A DNA stretch of 64,000 bases from Tubiluchus corallicola (taxonomy: Eukaryota; Animalia; Priapulida): the NCBI GenBank assembly GCA_030141605.1, contig JAQGDQ010000008.1, positions 1-64,000 of the forward strand, written 5' to 3'. Below, piece by piece: positions 39,101 through 50,700 of this stretch (position 1 is its first letter; each line of letters begins with the position of its first letter). The notes beneath the pieces were generated by a model. The model did no database searches. It saw only the letters and a program-made list of their open reading frames with translations, and had not been told where the DNA came from. The translations under genes and the position numbers were made by a program.

Positions 39101-39388
39101 TATCCTGCTGAAAAGGTTAAATAAACCATGGGCCAGCAGCAGCCGTGACTATTTACAATAAGGTTGTTCACTGTACAATGCATGAGAACTATCCATCTAC
39201 TGTATTTGTCAAAAAACTATGCTCTGCCTGCATTTTGTCATGCCACGCAGTTTTAAAGCTAAATTTTGCAATTTTGCCGTTCGTGCACAGCAACTATATC
39301 TGTGCACTCGATCTTCTTCTTTTTTCTTCCTCCTCCTCCTGCTCACATTACTAATTAATATCATCTTCCTAGCCACCCACTGTTGTTA

Positions 39389-39636
39389 ACATCGTCATTG
39401 TTATCATCATCATCATCGTCGTCGTCGTCGTTATTGTCATCGTCATCATCATCATCGTCATTATCGTTGTCGTCGCCATTGTCATCGTCATCATCTTCAT
39501 CATCAATTTCATCATTATCATCATCATTCATCATCTTTATCATCATCACGATAGTCATCATAGTCGGGATCATCATTGTTATCATCATCACTATTATCAT
39601 CATCATCTTCATCGTCGTCATCGTCATCATCATCAT
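39389..39636 (+). repeat. (CAT/CGT)n imperfect microsatellite
   Basis: Read directly. Confidence 0.95.
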
Positions 39637-40529
39637 TTACAGCAAAACTATAATGACAATCGTAGCAAACTTGCAAAATCACTTAAAATGCTTTACCTGA
39701 TTTGGGAGAAAAAAATAAAGAATGACAGACGTCGCATAATCTCAATCAAAAGTCAAACATTAAAGTCGATGATAAAAATGACAGTTTAAACTATAACAAA
39801 TTAAAACCCGACTATTAAATTACGTTGACGTTCTTGTGCACTTCAACCCTGCAGACCAGAGCCTAGCAACAAAGGAATTGTAGTGAAATCTCTGGTTCAA
39901 CACGATTATCTAAAGTACCTGGATGTCCACTCGTTTCGTGAGTTCACAATTGATAACAAATAGGTTAAGTGCCTCTTCTGTTAAGCACCTGGGTTTCCCA
40001 AATGATGTCACATAAAGTGAAAACAAATTAACATCCACGTTTAACCCAAGAGACCTGGGAGATCACCGAGAATAACTTCCCATGTAGACTTACTATAATT
40101 GCTAGAAGGCGTGAATTTTTAATAGCTTGAATTATATTTATATACATAATTATAGTGGACATATTAAAAGTAATTGTATTACAGTAATGCACCCTTTTTT
40201 GCTATTATTCGTCCTAGCACCAACTCCGCACTCTAAGGAAAAAACATAATAATTAGGTGTTTTGTTTCAATAATAAAAAGCAAGCTATTTATGATATTTA
40301 AATACTATCTTAGAAGCTCATTGAACATCCGGATTTTTTACAAAAGTTATGATGATTTTAATAAGTAATCAAAACTGGCCAAGTGACAGTTACTAAATCG
40401 ACCATGTAAACAGACCAATGTCCGTAGACTAGTATAGTACTACTACTGCTGCATATACTAAATAATTATGTATAACTATAGAAGTCAAATTGTTTTAATA
40501 GTAGTAGAAATTTTATTGACTAGTGCAAT

Positions 40530-40830
40530 GTGATCACTTGATAATATTAAAACGCTCACAAACAAAATGCATCAGATTATGCTGGTCCACAGTGTCATAT
40601 AATGACTGTAAGTTACTAAAGCGCAAACCGTTATAAAGTTCTCTAAAATGCTCTGTTTTGACACATTGACACACTATGTATTCCTCATCCTGCCTTCTGC
40701 AAACACAGGGGCGCTCCTCCCTAGGTAGCTTATTCCATCTCACTCTTTCTGTCACGAGTAAGTGAGCGAGTGGTACATAAAAAAGTAGTGATTTTGTGCT
40801 TTTGTGCTTAATAATTCGCATTCATATAGA
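40530..40830 (-). mobile_element. Decayed non-LTR retrotransposon ORF2 C-terminus (same type as 23900-24330)
   Basis: Track ORF 40534-40821 reads AHLLVTERVRWNKLPREERPCVCRRQDEEYIVCQC (cf. SH.L..E.GRW...PRE.R.C.C...Q.EEH....C). Confidence 0.6.
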
Positions 40831-41704
40831 AATTTAATGAAATATCAAAAAACGCAAGGGATTAAAATCGTTTGAAGTGAAATTACCATTTTTTCAACAT
40901 GAAATTCGTGAATCCTTCTGGCTTTTCGTTGGTTTTCAAAGGTAATGAATTTGCAGACTGTATTACTTTGATGCCGCGAAGTCACGTGCAGAATTTTCTG
41001 TAATCAGTCTAGAAATTGAGGCATTGATATTTATGTGACAAAAAGGGATCACCAATGGCGGTAGATATACTTGCAGGAATAGCTACAATAATTGAAACAA
41101 CAACAAAAGCAGTAGTAACAACAAATTGCAACAAGAACCCCGACAACGGCAACCACAACAGAATGGCAACGGCACAAATTCCAGTACCAGCATCAACGCC
41201 AACATCTGCTCAACACCACCACCCCACCACCACCAGCAGCAGCACCATCAATAATAACAACGACGACGGACAACAAACGCAATTGCCACAGTTTTCTTCA
41301 AAAATAACTGTTGCAGTTAATGGCTGTTAAGGACAAAAAAACGAAACCAGAACCTCAGGTTCATTCACAAAATCTTTATTATTTTGATCGGGAATTTGTT
41401 ATAACCTAACGTAGGCGTACACGCTGCAGCTGCTTTGCATCACAAAATCTTCATCTATCCCAGCTCATTCCATCTTTAATACGCATTATCACATAGACAG
41501 TGTTACCTTATTATCTGCTTGATTAGTCAGAGTAACACGGTTTCAGCTACCTTCTCATTCGGATCAACGCAACAAGAGTGTTGATGCGTAAAGCTGCTTT
41601 TCCTCTCTGGAGTAACAGAAGCTAATTAATTATGCTTCAAACACGATCACTGACCCAGTATTTAATGGCTCTAAGTAGTCGGGTTATTGTGTTATTATAC
41701 AGTG

Positions 41705-41772
41705 CAATGTGGACCGAAGTTAAGCAGTAATGGAAGGATGGTCCTGGTTAGTAAAAGAATGGGTGACATTGA
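41705..41772 (+). mobile_element. Degenerate 5S-derived SINE-like fragment
   Basis: GACCGAAGTTAAGCA...CCTGGTTAGTAAAAGAATGGGTGAC matches the 5S internal control region. Confidence 0.5.
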
Positions 41773-42925
41773 AAGGTGTGTTAATTAACTTCTGCAGGAT
41801 TGACAGGTTAGCAATTTTGAACAATTGCAGGAATATTAATGTAATGTAACTCATTAGCATGAGGAAATAGCTGAATAGTCATGGTGTGCGCTCAGGCACC
41901 AAAATTATGCAAAATTGCATTTGTTAGTAAATAGATGGGTAGCCTTATAATATAGACCTTAATCAATTTCTACAATGCTGCTAGTATAGCAATTTTAAAC
42001 AATAATCTGGAAATAACGAGGAACTAACGGTGTTGTGGCAGTGTGCTTAGCAATAAAAGTTACGAAACATTGGGCCTCATTTCTAAATGGATAGCTGACC
42101 ATGAAGAAAATTACTTTTAGGCAGTTTCAGTTATCAAACTGTCCCCAAACATTTAACTCTGAGGAAAGATGTTCAAGCATATAATCGTAGCTAGATCACG
42201 TCTGCGTCTTAGCATTTTTTAAGATTAATATACTTCTTAGAAGAAACTTACATTAAAACACTGGCTGATGCACCATTTTCCGCGATAACTGCCTTAGTAA
42301 TAATAATAATAACATCTCTAATTACAAGGTGGCTGGCTTCAACAACTTTCACTGTTTTCGTCTATCTTTCATGGGATGCAAGTTTATGGTTTAGTTCTCG
42401 ATATTTCATATTACTTCTACTTATATTCACTTTTATCTGTGAAATTCTTTACCAGAAAACTGCATCTTACGTTCTTGAAAAGAAGCAGTAACAGATGTAC
42501 CTCACTAACAAATTAGATATAAGATCTGTATTATAGAGATCCAGAGACTCCTATTTCCATTTAACTACTATAACCCCTCTCCCCCTCCCCTCTCTCTTGT
42601 GTTGTTATTAAACTTTTTAATAGTGATAAAGAAATTAGTAGTTCAACAGATGGTTCATGGTTTGTTCGTCTTGTTTATCATAGAAATGAAAAACATTTCG
42701 ACAGAATTTCCCTTCACTTTTGTTTTTACTGCTGAGACACGTTCTTTTTTCGTAAAATTCGCCGATTTAGCCAATTATCTCAGAATGCGCACATCCCTGA
42801 AGCAAATCTAGAAAACTCAAAAACAACAAATTTTGCCAATTAAAGTAAATTTGCGTATTAAAGTTTGCTACGTCAGAGCCGCCAACAGAGATAGTAAATG
42901 TTCGCCTTAACACAGATCATATTAA

Positions 42926-43528
42926 AGGAAGAAAGGATGATTTTTCATATACTACCCTATTTTCAAGTCCGATAAAGAGTATACATTTTAACACAATTAA
43001 TACTGAAAAATCATTTCTAGTAACTAAATAATAGATTAATAACTTAATTAACAGCGGGCGAGCCAAAGTATTGATGAGATCACAAATTAACACAATTTTC
43101 AACAGCAAAATGCACGTATTTGTGAAAGCGAAAATTGAAGTACAGTGCTACGGTAAGATATTTAGTGTCTTGTACTAAAACTAGGCAAGTTTTAACATAT
43201 AAATTCGACTTTCAAATTTACCGCTGTGCTCACGAATGAGCTGTCGAACATGTGTAGTTAGTCACAAACTAACCCATCTGAACAGAGAGGTACAGCACCT
43301 GTTATCTGTACAATGCGTTTTAGAAAAGCAGGCGCTAGTGCTCGTCTAACTAGCGAATGGCGAAATGCACGTAACAGCGAGGAACTACTGGCGCGAACGC
43401 GAAATTGTGTTTGTGTGGTAATAATTCTTTCACATAAGTCATTTTTTGAAAAATATCATGTTGCCTTTCAATATTTTAAAGAGTAGCTTTACTTTGTTCT
43501 ACAGTTTAAATTGACTCCGGTTTTTGCG
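42926..43528 (+). mobile_element. Second, more decayed copy of the Kolobok-like element
   Basis: TTAA|AGGAAG start. Shares TTGTACTAAAACTAGGCAAGTTTTAA and GTTTGTGTGGTAATAATTCTTTCAC with the 59797 copy; decayed right end before TTAA at 43529-43532. Confidence 0.72.
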
Positions 43529-43699
43529 TTAAGCAAAATTACACGCATTTGAAAAATAATGCCTGTAAAAGATAACTGATTCTACATAAAGCATTTTGGG
43601 TATTCAAAACGCGCCAAAAAGAGTATATTACCATTCAGAGTAAATAACCTCAGTAGATATAGAATTTGAGAAACTAATTTGCTGGTTCAAGAAAATATC

Positions 43700-44395
43700 T
43701 GTTGGAAATCTTTGCCCACACACCAGTTTTGCAAGCACCCAGACAAATTAGCATATATATATATATAGCGGTGCATCATTGAAAATACCTTTATTGTTGA
43801 CTTTTGAACATATAATTTGTGGGCTTCACAGTTTTTTAGTGAAGATAATTTACTTTTAGCAAATCTCTGCCCACACTCCGGTTACACAGACACCCAGATA
43901 AAAAAGTTATTAACACACATATTTACAGTAAATATAGTTTGATCGTATGCAGTGACGCATGCACACACACACACGCGCACACAGACTTTTTAATAACTTG
44001 TGCATTTCATGTTTTTTGTCGTAAATACTTTGCTTTCAAAAAATCTACGTCCACGCTTTAGTTATGCAGCCACCCAGAGAAATTAGTGTTTGAAAAACTA
44101 GCTGTTGATTTTGCAGTTTGTGGGTTTGACAATTTCCTCGAAACTCCTTTAGCTTTTAGCAAACCTCCATCCACACTTCGACTACGCAAGCACTCAAGCA
44201 AATTAGTGCACTCTTTACACTGATGCAGCATTGAATAACCTTAGTTATAAACTTTTAAACTTATAATTATGGCGGATTTCAGAGCTTTTGTCGTAAATTC
44301 TTTATTTTTAACAAAACTCTACCCACTCTCCTGTTACGCATCACCTAGGCAAATTAGCGCACATATTTACAGCGTTGTATCATTGAAAAACCTTC
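43700..44395 (+). repeat. Degenerate tandem repeat, about 5 units of 120-180 bp
   Basis: AAATCT..GCCCACAC...GCA.GCACCCAG..AAATTAG-like core recurs at about 43707, 43861, 44041, 44161 and 44313. Confidence 0.7.
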
Positions 44396-44873
44396 CCCTG
44401 ACCAGCTTATACGCAGAAGAGACCGCAACTTTCCTATTTTATGTAATTACTGTCTTCAATAATTCATAAAATAACGTAGTTTTATACAGAATGAACCGCT
44501 GAATTCTGATCTTTAGAAACAAGATTACGTCCGACACGAAGCACTGTACACAAAGATTATCTGTTGCGTTACTGCAGTATAGCAACCAAAGTTAGTTCAT
44601 AAACACAAACTAATAAACTGTCACACAATAAAGAGAAATTGAAAAATAAGAGGTTTCAATGCACACAAGTATGTTATGTGAATAACAAAAACTAACAAAA
44701 AAAATCAAAAAACAGAAAATAATACTAATAACGTTTAACACAGTACTAACACAAAAAACATACTGCACAGCAAAACAATAAACAAAAAACCACAGAATCA
44801 TAGGAATAACTTATGACTATGATATGCACTACAACATGATTGTATTGCTACTGATATACTTATATTTTGTTCT

Positions 44874-45203
<330 letters not shown>

Positions 45204-45869
45204 CTGTGTTCAATTAATTACCACGTTATAAATTATAAAACCCGCAAAACAGATAGAACTAGACATTATGCAGGAGTGAGCTGCATAGGATACCTTGTAC
45301 AATACTGAATGTTGAAGAAATTTATGCTTGTTCCTGCTATGTTTGCTAACGATTTGCATTCTTAAAAGACGCCAAAATTAACGTTGCTACCTGTGCGATG
45401 ATTGTTAGTAATTAACTGCTGAAATTCTACAGAAATTTTGTTAGTGCAATTTTCTATAACAACCAGCTATTATCTCTGAAGCCGTGAATCGTAAAACAGT
45501 TGTTGTTGACATTGGAATGTAGGTTTATGGTATTTTTATGTAATTTTTGTACTACCGTCTCACTTTCATGTGGATTCAGGTAAACGTTTTTGTCTTGGAA
45601 GCTTTTTGGCATAAGAAACTGCAGACAGGTGCTAAAACCAAGAAAGCCTTTTTGCATTGGATAATTAATTTGTGACACCTTTTACTTATTACTGTGACAC
45701 CGAGCGGTTTACTTGAATTTTACTATATGTACATCAGGGTCCTGTCGCTTGGATAACGTTCATTTTAATATTCTTACAGATTTATTTCATTGATGTTTTG
45801 CCCAATTCATTACAAACGGGTTTACATTTCAGTTCGTATATATAAACCCCGGGGACTTTTTACCTGGAA

Positions 45870-46275
45870 TTACATGTACATTCGACATGGTGTTGATTAG
45901 CCCAGGCGATCGTTTCGACGCCATTTTCAATGCTGGAATCAAGCCAAAACATATCATCAGTACAATCATACAATATCATTACACAATCACAAAAGTGACA
46001 TTAAACTGCCAGAATATCAGAGGTTCTCACGTAAAAAACCTGTAAATTTTACGTTTAGCTTATTTTTACGTTTTCTTTATGTGAAACTTCTTTTATTCTG
46101 GCAATTTAATGTCACTTTGTGATTTTGTACCTTGGTTAGTAGTGTCATAAATTGGGATTATATGTACAGATTATATGTTTTGGCTTAATTCTGGCATTAA
46201 AAATGACATATGCTGTCGTCTGCGCCAATAAACACCACGTTGATTCCTAGACGCTGGCTCTTTCATGTACATGTT
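45870..46275. repeat. Long imperfect inverted repeat (foldback MITE)
   Basis: AAGCCAAAACATAT pairs with ATATGTTTTGGCTT; AAAGTGACATTAAACTGCCAGAATA pairs with TATTCTGGCAATTTAATGTCACTTT; ACATGTACAT pairs with ATGTACATGT at the ends. Confidence 0.8.
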
Positions 46276-47454
46276 CATTCATTCTAGCGTTATTACGACA
46301 GTGTCGTCTTATTTTATGCTTTTTGCAACTGTATTGTTATGACTTTTTGTGCTCTTTTATGGATTGTTACCTTTGACTTCATGTTTTATTAGTGTTCGTC
46401 TTTTCACGTGTGGTAATTTACGTGCTCATAAGAGATTGTTTTAGCATTATAAAATCCAAAAATTACTATTTAGTGATTGTTAGTATTTTTTCTTTCTCAA
46501 CCGAAGGTAGTTCACAGTGGTAGTTTGAAAGGTCGCGTTTTTTTTTAGATTTTTCGTTAGTTGCACCATGTTGTGATTAAAATTATTTTGTTATGCGTTA
46601 ATGCACTTCGTACAAATAGGTGTATAACTTATTTTATTTATTGATACCATTTATTCGTGCTCTTATACGGTACAACAAATACACCACAAAAGCAACAAAT
46701 GATAAGAATTATGACATAAATTAGTTCAAGCTGTATAGTAAAGGAAAAAGGTCTGTTAATTTGTTAAAACAAAGTAAAAATAATAATAATAATAATAATA
46801 ATAAACAATAGCAACAGTTTAAGTTATAATTGCTGTCTCAACAAATAGTCATTAGTATTACACAAATTGTTTCTTTTTAATCTCTAATACATCTGCACAA
46901 TATTCCTCTAATATGGGCAACAACTCAAAAGTTGTCCGTGAATGAAATATATTAAGATAGTCAGAATTGGATTGAGCGACTTGAACCTTAAATTTCTCAT
47001 TGCGGGACAACCAAACCATTAAAAATAGCGTCCGTTTTTATTTGTAAGGATAACAAGTCTTCAAGTCCATGAGTTTTCAAGTCTTCTGCGTGAAAAGAAG
47101 TTTATTGATGCTCTCATGAAAAATTCATTTCAGCTGTTACGCGTGGGCGTATAGACTACAGATTGTTTGAGATATAATTTCTACATCTTGGCAAAAGCAT
47201 TAACTCAAAATCATCTTAGCGTGCGCGCATTCTGGGTAATCAACACTGATGGGGTTTGTTAATTAACAAGACGATGGCTGCCACCATGCCGCTTGCGACC
47301 CTTTCAAATCCGCGCAGCATTACTTAATTAATAAACCATTACATGACTTCGCAACAACCTGTCTTGAACACACTGATCCCCACTGCAGCGAGCCTTATTG
47401 CTTTAATCACAGCGCAGGTCTAAATCAGATTTCAAACTTACGCACGCAACAATG

Positions 47455-47721
47455 TAAGCCGCCTGCGCCGCCCGTCCGCCGCGCGGTAGTTAATATTTCG
47501 GTGCTGGCTGCGACGAAGTCCACAGGGACCCGTGTCAAGCGAAGAACGGATGCACACATGCATTCGACAGCTTAGTTATTACTCTGTGTATCTCGCAAGC
47601 TGGTTGCAAGCGTGTGGGCGTGGCCTAGCCGCATATAAATTACAAGTTTTTAAAGACCATTTGCGAAGTTGTCGAGATAGTGAAACCACACTGTGCTAGG
47701 CGTTACGCTCTCATGGTGAGT
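47455..47721 (+). promoter_or_regulatory. Pol II promoter and first exon ending at the initiator ATG (unknown plus-strand gene)
   Basis: GC-rich patch 47460-47487, Sp/KLF box TGGGCGTGGC 47615-47624, TATAAA 47634-47639, ATG-free leader, then ATG 47713-47715 directly followed by GTGAGT. Confidence 0.55.
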
Positions 47722-50700
47722 AACCTTTTCTTCTTCCTGTTAAAATTGCGTTTGGCTTCCCGCGCTGGTCACGCTTGGTTGGTTCACTTCACGGGACACG
47801 CTGGCGTAATAACAGGTGACGTACCCAACGCAACGGCCGAATTGCAATCTCGCTGGTTTTCCCGAGTAATTTTCATAGCTAACCAGGCGTGCTTTTGGAG
47901 CTTATTAAAAGGAGAAGGTTTAGAAATTTTAATCACAAAAGTTGTAGTCGTTTTGTGTCCTTACACGTGCGGAATAGTTGCTCCTTAGCGGTGATTTATC
48001 TGGCAAAGAAGCCTGGTAATGCGGATTCTTTGTGGCTAATACATATAAGGTGAGGTTTGTTGTTTACACAAGGCGGCAGAACTGCTAATGAATTTAATCA
48101 TCACTCGCGCTCCGAGTTAATTAGAAAAATTATCATCACGTACTTATGAATTGTGAGTTTTGCAGCTTTGTTGGTATTAGATTATTAGTGTATTTTGCAA
48201 ATTTTGTGTATCATTTTGTTTTACTAACTTAAAGCAATAATATATAGTGATATTACCTTTAACCAACAATGTTTATTTTAAGAATATAATAATTACCTTG
48301 TGGCTATCACTTGTTGTAACTTTTTTTAGCAAAAAGACTTTTGAACTTATTATAACAAACATTTGGAACTTTGTTTCCAGAAACTAAAAAGAAAGTGTTT
48401 AGTTGCATTTTTGCAAACTTTTTATTTAGAAATTTTAACGTTAAATGGCGTTTTTGAAGCCAAGAAAAAGTATCGTCAGATGTTTTCTGTAATTGGAGTT
48501 TTGTCACCAAGCTTTGATTATTCACACAAACAACTAAATATTTTTGGTCGCTTGCAACGTTTTTACTGCTCGCTGAACTGCCGCGAAATGGTCAAAACTT
48601 ATTGCAAACTTTGGCTATTAATGCGAAAATTTTATTAGAAAAGATATTGCCAAATAAGAGCAAAAAGGCATTAGTCTCAAGGGCACATTTTTTGCTTTCT
48701 ATAAAAGACCACATTATAATGTTTTGAGTTTATATCTCAAGTTGTTACTTCACATCGACTTAAATTCTTGCTATAAACCTATTGTAATTTTACAAACATT
48801 TTTACCCTGAATTTTACTAGATTTTTTTAACCTTTCAGTTTTATTGTTCAGTCTCGCTCTGATAAAAAGCTTATAATTACAAACTTTTGTAATTATAAAC
48901 CTCGATCACAACATTATAAACCCCACTGGCGCGAATAGTTAGACTCAAAATGATACCAAAACGAAAGCTAAAATGGCAACGTCCATTTATTAGAATAACG
49001 ACAAAGTGCATGGCACGGTGACGCAATCAGCGGATCAGTACAACCCACGAAAAAATAAAGATTTTTTTCACACTCGCACAATTCAATGTTTGGTCAAGAT
49101 CAAAATTGAACAGTTTATAACGGCGACCTATCATAGGCAGGTCAGCATTGGTATTAATTTGTAAATTTTCTCATAAATTGAACACAAGCCGTTGTTTCAT
49201 CACAGTTACTGCATGTGCTCCTGTTATCCCCAGGATTATCTACTAATATCCAGCATGAGTCTATTACTGTTGCTTACTATGAACAGGAGCGATGGTAATA
49301 TGTCAACCTGTAGACTCAAGCTGTTTGTTCGTTAATGTGGCGTAACGTCCGTGTTCCAGATAACAATGATTTATAGTAGCTTTGACTTTAACATGCGTCA
49401 TAAATTTTGATTTCATATTTAATTAAAATACCAAGTATTAAACCATTTATTTATCACTATGTATCACATAAGGACTACGTTTCAGCTCAAATACTGAAAG
49501 CAATTTTGATAATTGCAAAATAAAATTTAAATTTTTTAATGCATGGTACAAGTAGAATCCATTTTTATTCACACAAAATCTGTAGCTAATTTACCTTAAA
49601 GACTTTTACCACAATCCAAATTCGCTTAGATGATAAAGTTGGACACGTCAGCAGGGTTATTGCTTTTATCATTCACTACGTTCTTTATTTATCTATATAT
49701 CAATAATTAAATAATTAGCAATTATTTAATATAAACTAAACTCTGTTTGCACATTTAAATCTGGCTTCATTTATTTATTAACTAGGGCTCAGTAAGGGCA
49801 GACAGTCAAAATTTAAGTTTGCAAATAGAAAATCTGTCGAACTGAGTTTTAGCATTGCAGCGTATATCTTGCTGTTTGTTTGTTGTGGAATGTTTAGTAT
49901 ATGACGAGTAATTTGGCCCACACAGTGAATATCACAACGTGCGACATTAAAGCAAAAGCCAAGTCTCTCGGGAAGTTGAGCTTATTCTAATATTTGAGAA
50001 AAATGTTAGAAAGTTTCAGCAATTAAATTGTGATAAGCGACTCGTGTAATTAATAATTTCAATTTAAAATCGCGATCACTTCACGCTTGGGCGCGCTCAT
50101 TTTGGTGAAAATGGCGTCATCTGGTTCCCGTGCAATATAAACAGTTATTCTGCCAAGTGCTTAAGCAATCATTTTTTGATTTATAGAGGGATCCCTATAA
50201 ACTAAGTAACCAACCCGGTACCTGCTGTGTGCTCGCAAGTTTACATGTGTATCTGAAAGTCAGCAAATTATTTACATTTACATTTAATGTACACTACTTA
50301 CACATTTTAATCCTGTGGGTTAAAGCCATGTAACCACTTTAACCTTAGTCATAATTGATCAAGTGTCTAATTTTTACATAAACACAGTTAAATATAACGC
50401 TAGAATAACTGAACTTATGAGTGAACTGTAGAAATTTCTCAATGCGTACCTTCATCTCAGCATTCACGCTGTACACCAGTCACCAGCTTACGTCATTTTT
50501 TTTTCAAATATGCCAGCAGCGACGTTCGTTTGGCGGGAGATAAAAAATATTTAAATTTCTTTTACATTTTTAAGTAAAGCATTCTATGCGCATATATTGT
50601 GTGGTGATTTCAATAATTTTAATTGTATATTAAAATGCAATAAATGTTGTTCGAGGGTTGGTTCTTCCTTTAAATTAGGTAAACGGATTAACGCGAATTG

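Noticed and set aside
43700-44395. CRISPR-like repeat-spacer array
   Set aside because: Eukaryotic context, highly degenerate repeats, mutually similar spacers, no cas genes.
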